64,000 bases of DNA from Candidatus Dormiibacterota bacterium (GCA_963717185.1 CAVQVY010000019.1:11113-75112); one strand, 5' to 3'. Counted from the first letter of the stretch, positions 19,513 to 32,794 are shown. Translations and numbers: made by a program. The notes: generated by a model not told the origin, from the letters alone.

Positions 19513-22500
19513 GCCGGTCACGCTGCGCGCGCGCCTCGACGCGACGGCCGGGCTGGGCCGCCTGCTCACCCTGCAGCGCGGGCGCGCCGGAGGGGTTCCC
19601 GGCGGCGCGATCGCGCTGATCGCCTGGTGGATGCGCGAGGTGACCGGCGCCCCGGTGCTGCTGGTCGGCGCCAACGCCGAGTCGCTCAGCTCCGACGCGG
19701 CGCTGTGGGGCGGCACCGCCGGGCTCGGCCTCTTCCCGGCGGCGGACACCCCGCCGTTCGACCGCGTCCCGCCGTCCGAGGAGGTCACCCGGCACCGGCT
19801 CGCGTCGCTGGCCCTGCTCGCGTCCGGTGGTTCGCCACTGGTGGTGGCCTCACCGGCGGGCCTGCTCCGCCCCGCGCTGCCCAAGAGTTGGTGCGCGGCG
19901 AGTCGATGCGCCTGCGCAGGGGTGAGCGCGGGTCTCGCGACGAGTTCATCCGTCGTGCCGTGGACCTCGGGTACCGCAGGGTGAGCGCGGTCTCCGGACC
20001 GGGGGAGATGGCGGTGCGCGGGGGCATCGTCGACGTGTTCGGGCTCGACCGCGTCCGGCCCTGGCGTGCCGAGTGGTTCGGCGACGAGGTGGAAGACCTG
20101 CGCGCGTTCGACGTCGAGACCCAGACGTCGGTCGCCAAGCTCGACGAGGTGGCGCTGTGGCCGGCACGCGAGCTCGACCTCCGCGCCGCCACGGTCGAAC
20201 GCGCGGTGCGCGAGGTCGACCAGCTCGACGTCTCCGCGTGCCGCCCGGAGGTGCGCGAGGCCTGGGAGCGTGACCGCGACCATCTCGGGCTTGGTGCCTA
20301 CGACGATGGCGTCGACCTGTTCTATCCGTACCTGCTCGGCGACCCACCCACGACCCTCCTCGACCACGCGGGCCCTGCGGCCGTGGTGTTGCTCGCCGGC
20401 GGTCGTGACGCGGTGCTGCGCAGCGCCCAGCGCCACGCGGACGAGATCGAGGACCTTCGCGCGCAGGAGGAGGAGCGGGGTGAGCTCCCCCTGGCGCGCG
20501 CACCGGGCTGCTCACCCCGGACGCTCTGCTGACCGCGCTCGAGGCACACCGATGCATCGAGCTCGTGCGCGAGACCGACGGCGACGTGGTGCTCGACTGG
20601 CGCGGGGTGGACAGCTTCGTCGGGCGCATCAGCGCATTCAGCGCGACGGCGCGGCAGGCCACCGCAGCGGGCGGCACCGTGCTGGCGGTGAGCCGCCAGC
20701 AGCACCGCGTCGAGGAGCTGGTTCGCGACGGACGGCATCGACCCCGTCGATATCCCCGAGGTCGACCCCAACCTGACCGCGCTGTCGCCCGGCGTCTTCG
20801 CCGTGACCGGCGGGGACCTGTCGGCAGGCTTCTCGACCGGCGAGACGGGGCTCGACGTCTACACCGACCACGAGCTCTTCGGGGCGGTGAAGCGGCGCGG
20901 CTCGCCGCTGGCGCGCGGGGCGCGGCGCGCCAAGTCGACATCGTCGCGCGGGGCGCGCGCCGCGCCGCCTCGGGCAACGCCGCGCAGCGGCCTTCGTGAT
21001 GCAGTTCGCCCCGGCGACGTGGTCGTGCACCGCGACCACGGCATCGGCCGCTTCCTCGAGATGCGCACGGTCAGCGACGCGCTCGGCGAGCACGAATACA
21101 TGACCATCGAGTACGCCGACGGCGGACAAGCTGTTCGTGCCGGTCGACCACCTCGACCGCGTTGACCGCTACGTCGGTGGCGCCGACTCCCACCCGCACC
21201 TGTCGCAGGCTCGGCAGCGGCGAATGGGAGCGGGTGAAGCGGCGTGTCAAGGAACGCACCGAGGAGGTGGCGCGCGAGCTCCTGGCGCTGTACTCGCGCC
21301 GCGAGATGGCCGACGGACACGCGTTCGGACCTGACAGCGCCTGGCAGCGCGAGCTGGAGGCGTCGTTCCCCTACCAGGAGACCCCCGACCAGGAGATGGT
21401 GCTCGACGAGATCAAGCGTGACATGGAGGCATCGCGTCCGATGGACCGCGTGGTCTGCGGCGACGTCGGGTTCGGCAAGACCGAGCTCGCGCTTCGCGCA
21501 GCCTTCAAGGCCGCCAGCGAGGGGCGCCAGGTGGCCATGCTGGTGCCCACCACCGTTCTCGCACAGCAGCACTTCCTGACGTTCACGGAGCGGCTCGCCC
21601 CATTCCCGGTCACGGTGCGCCAGCTGTCGCGCTTCTGCAGCGACGCTGACATCGCGGACACGCTCGACCGGCTTGCGCAGCGGTGTCGTCGACATCGTGG
21701 TGGGCACCCACCGCCTGCTGCAGCGCGACGTGGAGTTCCACAACCTCGGCCTGGTGGTGATCGACGAGGAGCAGCGCTTCGGGGTGCTGCAGAAGGAGAG
21801 GTTCAAGTCGCTGCGCGTGGCCGTCGACGTGCTCTCGCTGTCGGCGACGCCGATCCCGCGCACGCTGCACATGTCGCTGGCGGGCATCCGCGACCTCTCC
21901 GTCATCCAGACGCCGCCGGAGGAGCGGCAGCCGATCAAGACGTACGTCACGGCCCGCGAGGACTCGCTGGTGCGCGAGGTGATCACCCGGGAGCTGGCCC
22001 GCGGCGGCCAGGTCTTCTTCCTGCACAACCGCGTGCAGACCATCGAGCAGCCATGCCGAGGAGCTGCGCAGGCTGGTGCCCGAGGCGCGCATCGCCGTCG
22101 GCCACGGGCAGATGCCCGAGCACGCGCTGGCCGAGGTGATGCGCGACTTCGGCGAGGGCGGCATCGACGTGCTGGTGTGCACCACCATCATCGAGTCCGG
22201 CCTCGACATCCCCAACGCCAACACCATCGTCATCAATGACGCGCACCGGCTCGGGCTTGCCCAGCTCTACCAGCTGCGCGGTCGTGTCGGGCCGCGCCGG
22301 CCAGCGCGCCTACGCGTACCTCCTCTATCCGCCGGATCGGTCGCTGACCGAGAAGGCCGACAAGCGGCTGGACGTCATCAGTGAGCTGCAGGACCTCGGC
22401 GCCGGCTTCAAGCTGGCCATGCACGACCTCGAGATCCGCGGTGCGGGCAACCTGCTCGGCGAGGAGCAGCACGGCGAGATCGCGGCGGTCGGGCTCGAGC

Positions 22501-23024
22501 TCTACAACACTCTGCTGCGCCAGGCGGTCACCGCACTGCAGGGCAGGCCGATCGTCGAGTCACCGGCGCAGGTCAGCGTGTCCCTCCCGGTGAAGGCATT
22601 CCTGCCGGTGAGCTACGTCACCGACGAGAGGCTCCGGCTGCGCTGCTACCAGGAGCTGGCCGCGTGCGCGACAGAGAGTGACCTCGAACGCGCCGCGCGC
22701 GGGCTCGTCGATCGCTTCGGCCCTCTGCCCGCCGCGGCCGAGGCGCTGGTGTTCTCACTTCGCGTTCGACTTCTCGCCGCCGCCGCCGCGGCGGTCGCCG
22801 TCGAGTCGGGCGACGGCGGGGTCCGCGTGCAGCTTGCCCTCGACCACGGCGTCGACCTGTCGAGCGTGGTCACCCAGTGGCGTTCCCAGGCCACGGCCAC
22901 GGCCACGCGCATCGCGGTCGACACAGCACCGCCACGCCGCGGCCAGGACTGGCGCGACGTCCTGGTCGGGGTGCTGCGCGAGCTCGGCCGTCTTCAGCGC
23001 ATCCGCGCTCGAGTGGTCGCCTGA
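19496..23024 (+). pseudogene. mfd: transcription-repair coupling factor Mfd, at least 8 frame breaks as given
   Basis: Motifs: [48 protein letters not shown] (Walker A), [11 protein letters not shown] (DEEQ box), [23 protein letters not shown] and a TRG-type C-terminus. Switches are at ~19865, 20495, 20728, 21125, 21205, 21680, 22055 and 22285; the last 700 nt are clean. Confidence 0.85.
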
Positions 23025-23041
23025 CCGAACGACGGTCAGGG

Positions 23042-24733
23042 TCAGGCCGCCGGCAGGGTGAGCAGGAAGCGGCTGCCCGACTGCGCGCCGCTCTCCTCGA
23101 GGACCAGGTCGCCACCCATGCGCCGCGCACATTCGCGGCTCAGGTACAGGCCCAGGCCCGAGCCCTGGACGGCACCGTGGCCGGTGCCGCGCGCGAAGCG
23201 GGCGAAGATCCGCTCGCGCTCCTCCTCGTCGATCCCTGGTCCGTTGTCCTGGACGTGCACCTGCACACTGCCGTCGCTCCTCGCGATGCTGAGCGTGACG
23301 GTCGGTCGCCTCACCGAGTACGCGATCGCGTTGGTGAGCAGGTTGTCGAGCACACGCGAGACCAGCGCGGTGTCGCCGACGACCCGGGCGGCATCGTCGC
23401 CGTGCATCTCGATGTTGCCGGAGCGCAGCCGGGCCCGCGGCAGCGCACGCTCGATCGCGGCAGCGGCGACCTCGCCGACCACCATCACGTCGTGCGCGAC
23501 ACCGAGGTCGTGGCTCTCGATCCGGGCGAGGATGAGGAGGTCCTCGGCGAGGTTCCGCGCGTGCGAGGCCTGGCGGCGGATGATCGCGAGCTGCTTGACC
23601 GCCTCCTCGCCGAGGTGAGCGCTCTCGTCGTTGGTCAGGAGCTCCGTGTAGCCCTCGATCACGGTGAGCGGCCCGCGCAGCTCGTGCACCGCGATGTTCA
23701 TGAAGTCGCGCTTGATCTTCTCCGCCTCACGCAGGCGGTGGACGAGCCGGCCGTTGTGGAGCACGAGCGCGGCCAGGGTGGCGAACTGGCGCAGGCCTGC
23801 GATGTCGCCCGGCGAGAACGGCTCGCGACCGTGGTAGCGACCCATCACCAGGATGCCGACCAGGTCACCGGCGAACCGCATCGGGGCGACCAGCGCCAGG
23901 CTGTACGGCGACGTGTACGGCTCCAGCGCGGCGTCAACCGTGGTCTGCGCGGTGGCGACCTCGATCGGCCGGCCCGCGTTGATGGCGGCGCGGATGTCGT
24001 CGTCCAGCGGCCACCGGCTGCCCACCGGCGCGACCCCTGAGGTGGCCTCGACCACCCCGGCACCATCCTCGACCCGCATGATCGCCGCCGAGTCGGCACC
24101 GGCCGCCTTGCACGCGTGCTCGATGATCCTGCGCAGCAGCGCCGGCAGGTCCTGCAGGGACGCGACGTCGGCCGCCGCCTCGGCGGCCGCCTGCAGGCGG
24201 CGGGCGGCGTCGGTCGCCTCCTCGTACTGCTTGGCGTTGCGCAGCGCCAGCCCGGCCAGGGCGCCCAACGCGGTGAGGATTGGGACGTCGGACGGGACGA
24301 ATGCGTTGTCCGCGTAGCGCGAGAGCACCAGCATCCCGACCAGCTCGCCGGCCTCGAGCACCGGGACGGTGGCGGTGTGGCTCACCATCTCCAGGGCCTC
24401 ACGGAACTCGGGGAACGCCTGGGCCGTCGTCATCGGCCCACCGAGCACGGTCTGGCGGGTCTCGACCAGCTCCTTCACCAGTGGCTGCCGCAGCAGCGAG
24501 TCGGCCTGGTAGGCGCGCCCCACCCAGGTGACCTCACCGCCGACGCCGACCGAGGCCTCGATGACCAGCCCATCGCCGACGAAGCTCGACAGGGTGGCCC
24601 GGTCCGCGCGGGCCACCGCCAGGCTGCGCTCGAGGATGCGCCGCATCACCGTGCGCGCGTCGAGCGAGCCCGCGAGCTCGAGGGAGAGGGCGAGCAGGTC
24701 GTCGCCGGCCGCGGGGGCCTCCATGTCGGACAC
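23042..24733 (-). CDS. cytoplasmic GAF-GAF sensor histidine kinase (no adjacent response regulator)
   Basis: Intact 563-aa ORF with two GAF-like modules, H-box FMNIAVHELRGPL, N-box LLTNAIAYS and G-boxes DNGPGI / GSGLGLYL. I saw no TM segment. Confidence 0.85.
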   Translation of the reverse strand: MSDMEAPAAGDDLLALSLELAGSLDARTVMRRILERSLAVARADRATLSSFVGDGLVIEASVGVGGEVTWVGRAYQADSLLRQPLVKELVETRQTVLGGPMTTAQAFPEFREALEMVSHTATVPVLEAGELVGMLVLSRYADNAFVPSDVPILTALGALAGLALRNAKQYEEATDAARRLQAAAEAAADVASLQDLPALLRRIIEHACKAAGADSAAIMRVEDGAGVVEATSGVAPVGSRWPLDDDIRAAINAGRPIEVATAQTTVDAALEPYTSPYSLALVAPMRFAGDLVGILVMGRYHGREPFSPGDIAGLRQFATLAALVLHNGRLVHRLREAEKIKRDFMNIAVHELRGPLTVIEGYTELLTNDESAHLGEEAVKQLAIIRRQASHARNLAEDLLILARIESHDLGVAHDVMVVGEVAAAAIERALPRARLRSGNIEMHGDDAARVVGDTALVSRVLDNLLTNAIAYSVRRPTVTLSIARSDGSVQVHVQDNGPGIDEEERERIFARFARGTGHGAVQGSGLGLYLSRECARRMGGDLVLEESGAQSGSRFLLTLPAA

Positions 24734-24850
24734 CTCGTCAAGGGATCTGCCGGGAGTTTAGATGTCGCCCATGGCCGCTGTCGTGTTTGACGACATCGTC
24801 ACCGCCCCGTGCGGGGGTACGGCAGGGCGCGTCGGTCGCGGCCAACTTCG

Positions 24851-24856
24851 TACGCT
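24851..24856 (+). promoter_or_regulatory. -10-like hexamer TACGCT, 6 nt before the mazG ATG (leaderless geometry)
   Basis: TACGCT-gtggcc-ATG(24863), with no SD. Confidence 0.3.
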
Positions 24857-24862
24857 GTGGCC

Positions 24863-25764
24863 ATGAGAGACGGGGCCGTCGAACTCGCTGCGCGCGCTCA
24901 ATGAGGTCGTCGAGCGCCTGCGCGCTCCCGGGGGCTGCCCATGGGATCGCGAGCAGACCCATTCCAGCCTTCGTCCGTACCTCCTCGAGGAGACCTACGA
25001 GCTTCTCGAGGCGATCGACGCCCAACGCGACGACACGCTGCGTGAGGAGCTGGGGGACGTCCTGCTCCAGGTGCTCATGCACTGTGCGATCACCGCGGAA
25101 GCCGAGGGCGGCTTCGACGTCGGCGACGTCGCCGAAGTCACCCGCGCCAAGATGATCCATCGACACCCGCACGTGTTCGGCGACACCGCCGTCGGCGGCG
25201 CCGCCGAGGTGGTGGTCAACTGGGAGCGGCTCAAGAGGACCGAGAAGCGCGAGCGCCTGTCGCTGCTCGAAGGGATCCCGCGCGCCCTCCCCGCGTTGGC
25301 CTTTGCGCAAGGGGTGCAGAAGCGCCCGGCACGCCTGGGGTTCGACGAGGTGCCGAGCACCGCCGACGCCATCGCGGCCACGAGGACGACGTTGGATCGC
25401 CTCTCACGCGCCGCCGAGGCGTCGGTTCCCCCGCCCGCACGCGGGCAGGACTGGTCGGTGACCGAGGGCGAGATCCGCCGCGAGCCGGGGTCGGGTCACG
25501 TCGCGCCGGCAGTCGAGGGCGACCGTGAGCCGGCATCGTCGGTTGCGCTGGAGGAGGCGGTCGGGGAACTCCTGTTCGCAGCGGTCGCGCTGGCCCGCCG
25601 GCTTCGCGTCAACCCCGAGGATGCGCTGCGTGCTCGGACCAACCGTTTCGCGGATCGCTTCCGGGTCCTCGAGCAGCAAGCGCGCGCCGACGGCGTGGAT
25701 CTCCATGACCTCGAGCGAGCCAGAGTGGCGACGGCGTTGGGAGGCGGCTGCAGCACCTCGCTGA
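24863..25764 (+). pseudogene. mazG: nucleoside triphosphate pyrophosphohydrolase MazG, ~2 frame breaks as given
   Basis: Motifs: GGCPWDREQTH, LLEETYELLEAI, EELGDVLLQV, RHPHVFG, and a second MazG repeat ELLFAAVALARRLRVNPEDALR. Switches are at ~24882 and ~25715. Confidence 0.75.
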
Positions 25765-25879
25765 ATGGGCCGACCTTGTCAAAATGACCTGCTGGCGTCC
25801 ATTCTATGGACGGTCGCACGGCCAGTTTCCGCACACGTTCTCGAGGGCCGACCAATTCTTCGCCACGTCATCGCACCCG

Positions 25880-26333
25880 ATGCGAGCCCGCTCCGCCGCT
25901 TGGTCATCGCCGGGCTGGCAGCACTGCTCAGGGCTGGCCGCGTACGCCGTCTTCAGCGAGGCGGCGCAGAGCAATGCGCTCGACGCGCGGGTGCGTTCGC
26001 TGACTGCGCAGAACGGCTGCCCTGCAGCAGCAGATCACGCAGCGCCAGCAGCAGATCGGCGAGACCAACAACGTCGACTGGCTGGAGGAGCAGGCGCGCC
26101 GGCTCGGCTTCGTCTTCCCCGGCGAGACCATCTTCATCATCACCACCCCCGGCGCCGCGCTGCCCGCCGGCGGTGGCGTCAACGCGGTCCTGCCGACGTA
26201 CGCGCCGTCGCCGTCGCCGTCACCGTCGGCATCCGGCGCGCCCGGTGCGTCACCGAGCGCGTCAGCGGCGGCGACGCCCCGCCCGTCGCCCACGCCGCTG
26301 GTCTTCGTGATGCCGTCGCCGACGCCGCACTGA
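25880..26333 (+). pseudogene. FtsB/DivIC-like septum-formation initiator (TM helix + coiled coil + Pro/Ser-rich tail), ~2 frame breaks; start uncertain
   Basis: Joined segments read RRLVIAGLAALL/GLAAYAVFSEAAQSNALDARVRSLTAQN/AALQQQITQRQQQIGETNNVDWLEEQARRLGFVFPGETIFII...PSPSPSPS. Switches are at ~25925 and ~26020. Stop is TGA 26331-26333. Confidence 0.5.
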
Positions 26334-26373
26334 CGCAGCGGTCGCCGGCCCGTCGTTCGGCTTCCGATAGGCT

Positions 26374-29300
26374 ATGACGGTGCCGCCCAGCGAGCAGCCG
26401 TATCCCGACGTCGACCCGCGCCCGCATTTCCCGAAGCTCGAGGAGGAGGTGCTCGCGTACTGGGAGCGCGACAACACCTTCGCGGCATCTGTCGAGCAGC
26501 GCAGCGCCGGAGCGCGAGTTCGTCTTCTACGACGGGCCCCCCTTCGCCAACGGCCTGCCGCATTACGGTCACCTGCTCACCGGCTTCGTCAAGGACGCGG
26601 TGCCGCGATACAAGACGATGCGCGGCTACCGGGTGTCGCGCCGGTTCGGCTGGGACTGCCACGGGCTGCCGGCCGAGATGGAGGCCGAGCGCGAGCTGGG
26701 CATCTCCGGCCACGTCGGCCATCCACGCGTACGGCGTCGACCGCTTCAACGAGCACTGCCGGACGTCGGTGCTCAAGTACACCCGCGAGTGGCAGCAGCT
26801 ACGTCACCCGCCAGGCCCGCTGGGTCGACTTCGACAACGACTACAAGACCATGGACATCTCCTACATGGAGAGCGTCATGTGGGCGTTCAAGCAGCTCTG
26901 GGACAAGGGGCTCATCTACGAGGGCCACCGCGTGCTGCCCTACTGCTGGGAGTGCGAGACGCCGCTCAGCAACTTCGAGACCCGCCTCGACGATGCCTAC
27001 CGCCCTCGCCAGGACCCCGCCGTCACCGTCGAAGTTCCAGCTCGACCCACGCTGCCCGGCGACGCGGGGCCGACATACCTTCTGGTGTGGACAACCACGC
27101 CGTGGACACTTGCCGTCCAACCTCGCCATCGCGGTCGACCCCGGCATCGAGTACGCCGTCTACGAGCGCGACGGCGAGCGCTGGATCATCGGTGCGCGCG
27201 CGGCCTGACCATCACGCGACGAGCTCGCCGGTGCGCCGCGGCTCGGCTCGATCCGCGGCGACGAGCTGGTGGGGCGCACCTACACGCCGATGTTCGGCTT
27301 CTTCTCCGCCGAGCCGAACAGCTTCCGCCTGCTCGCCGCCGACTTCATCAGCGAGGACGAGGGAACCGGCGCGGTGCACATGGCGCCGGGCTTCGGCGAG
27401 GACGACCAGCGTCTCTGCGAGGCCAACGGCATCCGCGTGGTGGTGCCCGTCGACCAGAGCGGTCGGTTCACGGCTGAGGTGCCCGACTGGCAGGGGCTGC
27501 AGGTCTTCGAGGCCAACCCGAGGATCGTCCGCCGCCTGCGCGAGCTCGGCGCACTGGTGCGGCAGGACGAGACCTACGTGCACAGCTACCCGCACTGCTG
27601 GCGCACCGACACGCCGCTCATCTACAGGGCGGTCAGCTCGTGGTTCGTCGAGGTCACAGCGATCAAGGAGCGCGCGCTGGCGCTGAACCAGGAGATCAAC
27701 TGGGTGCCGCCGCACGTTCGCGACGGCGCGTTCGGCAAATGGATGGCCGGGGCGCGCGACTGGTCGATCAGCCGCAACCGGTTCTGGGGCTCGCCGATCC
27801 CGGTGTGGAAGAGCGACGACCCGCGCATCCCCGCATCGACGTCTACGGCTCGCTCGACGACATCGAGCGCGACTTCGGCGTGCGTCCCGCCGACCTGCAC
27901 CGTCCGCACATCGACGAGCTCACCCGTGCCAACCCCGACGACCCCACCGGCCGATCGACGATGCGGCGGGTCGAGGAGGTGCTCGACTGCTGGTTCGAGT
28001 CGGGCTCGATGCCGTACGCGCAGGTCGCACTACCCGTTCGAGCAGGAGCGATGGTTCGCGTCGCATTTCCCGGCCGACTTCATCGTCGAGTACATGGGCC
28101 AGACGCGCGCTGGTTCTACAACCTGCACGTGCTCGCCACGGCGCTCTTCGACAAGCCGGCGTTCAGCAACTGCGTGGTCCACGGGGTGATCCTCGGCAAC
28201 GACGGCCAGAAGATGAGCAAGCGGCTGCGCAACTACCCGGACCCCGAGGAGATGTTCGCCACCACGGCGCCGACGCGATGCGCTGGTTCCTGCTCGGCTC
28301 GCCGGTGCTGCGCGGCCAGGACATGGTCGCCGACGAGCGCGGCATCGTCGCCGGGCTGCGCAGGTGGTCATCCCCGTGTGGAACGCGTACAAGTTCTTCT
28401 GCGAGTACGCCAACATCGACGGCTACCGCGCGCGCTCCCGCGGCGACGCCACAGGCGTGCTCGACCGCTACATCCTCGCCAAGACCGACCGCCTGGTCGC
28501 CGACGTCGTCGACAGCGATGGACGCGTACGACCTGGACGGCGCCTGCACGGCGATCACCCGGTTCATCGACGCGCTCAACAACTGGTACATCCGGCGCAG
28601 CCGCGAGCGGGTGTGGGCAGCGGGAATGAGCGACGACAAGACCGACTGCTACGACACCCTGTTCACGGTGCTGACAACGCTCTGTCGCGGTGGCGCGCCG
28701 CTGCTGCCGATGCTCACCGAGACCATGTACCGCGGGCCTCACCGGCGAGCGCAGCGTGCACCTCACCGATTTCCCGGAGCCGAGCGCCGCCCGCCGACGC
28801 CGGGCTGGTCAACCGCCATGGACGCGGTGCGTGACGTGTGCTCGGCAGTGCTCTCGGTGCGACGTGCCGCCAACCTGAGCGTGCGGCTGCCGCTCCCGTC
28901 GGTCACCGTGGCGGTGCCGCAGCCGGAGCTCCTCGAGCCCTATCGCGAGCTCATCGCCGACGAGGTCAACGTGAAAGAGGTGCTGCTCACCGCCGACGTC
29001 GATGCCATCGCGCGGCGGGTGCTCGCCGTCAACGCCGCGGTGGTCGGACCCGGCTCGGGCCGGCTGCGCCAGGCGGTGTTCGTCGCGGCGCGAAAGGGGG
29101 AGTGGCGCCTCGACGGGGACGGCCTCGAGATCGCCGGCCAGCGGCTCCACGGCGATGACTTCACCCTCGCCATCCGCCCGAAGGATGAGGCGACGACCAG
29201 GGTCCTCGAGTAGCGACCGGTGCGGTCAGCGTCGACGTCACGGTCACCCCAGAGCTCGAACGCGAGGGGCTCGCCCGAGACGTGGTGCGCCTTGTGCAGT

Positions 29301-29525
29301 CAGCGCGGCGCGAGGCCGGCCTCCACCTCGCCGACCGGATCCGGCTCGCCGTCGAGCTGCCCCCCCAGTACGCCGCCGCCGTCAACGAGCACCGCGACTA
29401 CCTCTGCCTCGGAAACCTCGCCTCCGAGCTGAGCGTGGGCGCCGTCCCGCCGGGCATGAGCGGTCCACGAGACCGAGCTCGACGGCGGTGTCGCCCGGGT
29501 CGGGTTGGAGCGCGTGCCGGCCTGA
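26374..29525 (+). pseudogene. ileS: isoleucine--tRNA ligase (long, type-2-like), ~16 frame breaks plus one in-frame TGA as given
   Basis: Motifs: [20 protein letters not shown] (HIGH class-I motif), [46 protein letters not shown] (KMSKS), and a C-terminal TPELEREGLARDVVRLVQ. The protein-like signal hops between all three frames roughly every 200 nt. Confidence 0.9.
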
Positions 29526-29565
29526 ACGCAGGGGGACCCGGGAGACAGGTGCGCTAAACTGCCCG

Positions 29566-29637
29566 GGCGGCGTGGAGCAGTGGCAGCTCGTCGGGCTCAT
29601 AACCCGAAGGTCGCCGGTTCGAGTCCGGCCGCCGCAA
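29566..29637 (+). tRNA. tRNA-fMet (initiator, anticodon CAT)
   Basis: Hand-folded cloverleaf: acceptor GGCGGCG/CGCCGCA with a 1:72 mismatch, D arm GAGC-AGTGGCA-GCTC, anticodon stem with three G-C pairs (TCGGG-CTCATAA-CCCGA), and T arm GCCGG-TTCGAGT-CCGGC. It is near-identical in layout to E. coli tRNA-fMet. No CCA is encoded. Confidence 0.8.
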
Positions 29638-29643
29638 TTTTGC

Positions 29644-29685
29644 TACCCCACGCGGCATGGCCGCGTGGGGTACCCCTTCGTTTTC
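29644..29685 (+). terminator. hairpin plus T-tract downstream of tRNA-fMet
   Basis: tACCCCACGCGGC-atg-GCCGCGTGGGGTa (a 12-13-bp stem) is followed by ccccttcgTTTTc. Confidence 0.45.
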
Positions 29686-29800
29686 ACAGGAGGGCGATGC
29701 GCCCTCCTCGACCACCCGGCAGAGCCGTCGCGGCTCACCTCCCACTCGGCGCGATGAATCGCGCCGGCTCGCTCCGCTCGCAGGTTCCTGTTGAACGTCC

Positions 29801-29936
29801 GTCTGCGCAGGCGACTTCATTCGGCGGAGCAGACACCTCTCGTCTGGGGGGAGCCCGAGGGGGGATCCTGCATCCCCCCTCGCTTTAGACCGCTAACCTT
29901 TGGGGGTGTACGAGGGGGGAACGGAGTTCCCCCTTC
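29801..29936 (+). repeat. hairpin-repeat element, copy A (outer stem GTCTGC/GCAGAC plus two G6/C6 hairpin units)
   Basis: Components: GTCTGCgcaGGCGACTTCAT...GCAGAC (29801-29834); GAGGGGGGAT-cctgc-ATCCCCCCTC (29857-29881); GAGGGGGGAAC-gga-GTTCCCCCTTC (29912-29936). It aligns with 38462-38540. Three more hairpins lie at 29644, 29689 and 29748. Confidence 0.6.
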
Positions 29937-29942
29937 GCTTTC

Positions 29943-30018
29943 GGCGGCATAGCTCAGTTGGTAGAGCACCCGGCTCATACCCGGTATGTCCCTGGTTCGA
30001 ATCCAGGTGCCGCCACCA
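29943..30018 (+). tRNA. tRNA with CAT anticodon (elongator Met or lysidine-dependent Ile2), CCA encoded
   Basis: Cloverleaf: GGCGGCA-TA-GCTC-AGTTGGTA-GAGC-A-CCCGG-CTCATAC-CCGGT-ATGTC-CCTGG-TTCGAAT-CCAGG-TGCCGCC-A-CCA. It lies 22 nt upstream of tilS. Confidence 0.8.
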
Positions 30019-30040
30019 ACACCGGACAGACAGGCGGGCG

Positions 30041-30776
30041 ATGAGCGCTCACGGGTCGACGCTGGATCCGCGTCAGCGCAGGCCCGCGGTCGGGCGTCTG
30101 CGACGCGCGGTCGCCGCAGCGATCGACAGCCGGTCAGTGCTCGCGCTCGGCGAGACGGTGCTGGTGGCGTGCAGCGGTGGACCCGAACTCGACCGCGCTG
30201 CTGGATGCGCTGGCACGACTGGCTCCGCCGCGTGGCCTCACCCTCCACGTGGCCCACGTCGACCACGGCCTCCGCGCCGGGTCAGACGCCGAGGCAGAGC
30301 TGGTCGCGGCGGCAGCGGCCGCGCGCCGGCTGCCGTTCACGGCGCTGTCGGTGACGGTGGCGGCTCACGGCTCGTCGCTGCAGGGTCGGGCGCGGGACGC
30401 CCGCCATGCTGCGCTCGACGAGCTCGCCGGCCGCGTCGGGGCCACCGCGATCGCGCTCGCGCACACCGCCGACGACCAGGCTGAGACCGTGCTGATGCGT
30501 GCTCTCGCCGGGGCGACGCCGCGGGCGCTGGCGGCGATGGCGGAGCGCAGCGGGCGGTTGGCGCGACCGCTGCTGCGTGTGTGGCGCGCCGACGTCGCCG
30601 ACTACTGCGCGGCGCTGGCGCTGGTCACCGTCGACGATCCGAGCAACGACGACAGGCGCTTCCTGCGCAGCCGGGTTCGCCACGAGCTGCTGCCGGCGCT
30701 GGAGCAGGTCTTCCCGGCGGCGCGGCGGCGGCTGTGCGTCCTCGCCGACCACCAGCGCCGGCTGCTCGACGGCTGA
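30041..30776 (+). pseudogene. tilS: tRNA(Ile)-lysidine synthetase TilS (PP-loop ATPase), 1 frame break as given
   Basis: VLVACSGGP then reads EL instead of DS because of an extra A at ~30186 (cccgAActcg). It continues TALLDAL...HVAHVDHGLR, IALAHTADDQAETVLM, RPLL. Confidence 0.8.
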
Positions 30777-30867
30777 GTGCCCCACAGCGTGGTCACACAG
30801 CACCGTTGTCCCCGTGCTGAAACGGCTTTCAACGCATCTCGTTCAGGGGGGTTCAAACGAGACCCTC

Positions 30868-30876
30868 TGGTAGACT
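30868..30876 (+). promoter_or_regulatory. extended -10-like TGGTAGACT, 7 nt before the ftsH ATG (leaderless geometry)
   Basis: TGG-TAGACT-gcggcca-ATG(30884), with no SD. Confidence 0.35.
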
Positions 30877-30883
30877 GCGGCCA

Positions 30884-32794
<1,911 letters not shown>

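Noticed and set aside
26334-26373. An ileS T-box leader, which is known upstream of ileS in several Gram-positive groups.
   Set aside because: Only 40 nt separate the ftsB-like stop from the ileS ATG, which is far too short for a T-box, and no T-box sequence is present.
27206-27208. An in-frame TGA inside ileS (…[18 protein letters not shown]…), which could suggest selenocysteine or stop-codon recoding.
   Set aside because: It lies in the most indel-ridden gene of the window, and two nearby compensating indels or a substitution explain it. There is no SECIS-like hairpin immediately downstream, and IleRS is not a selenoprotein.
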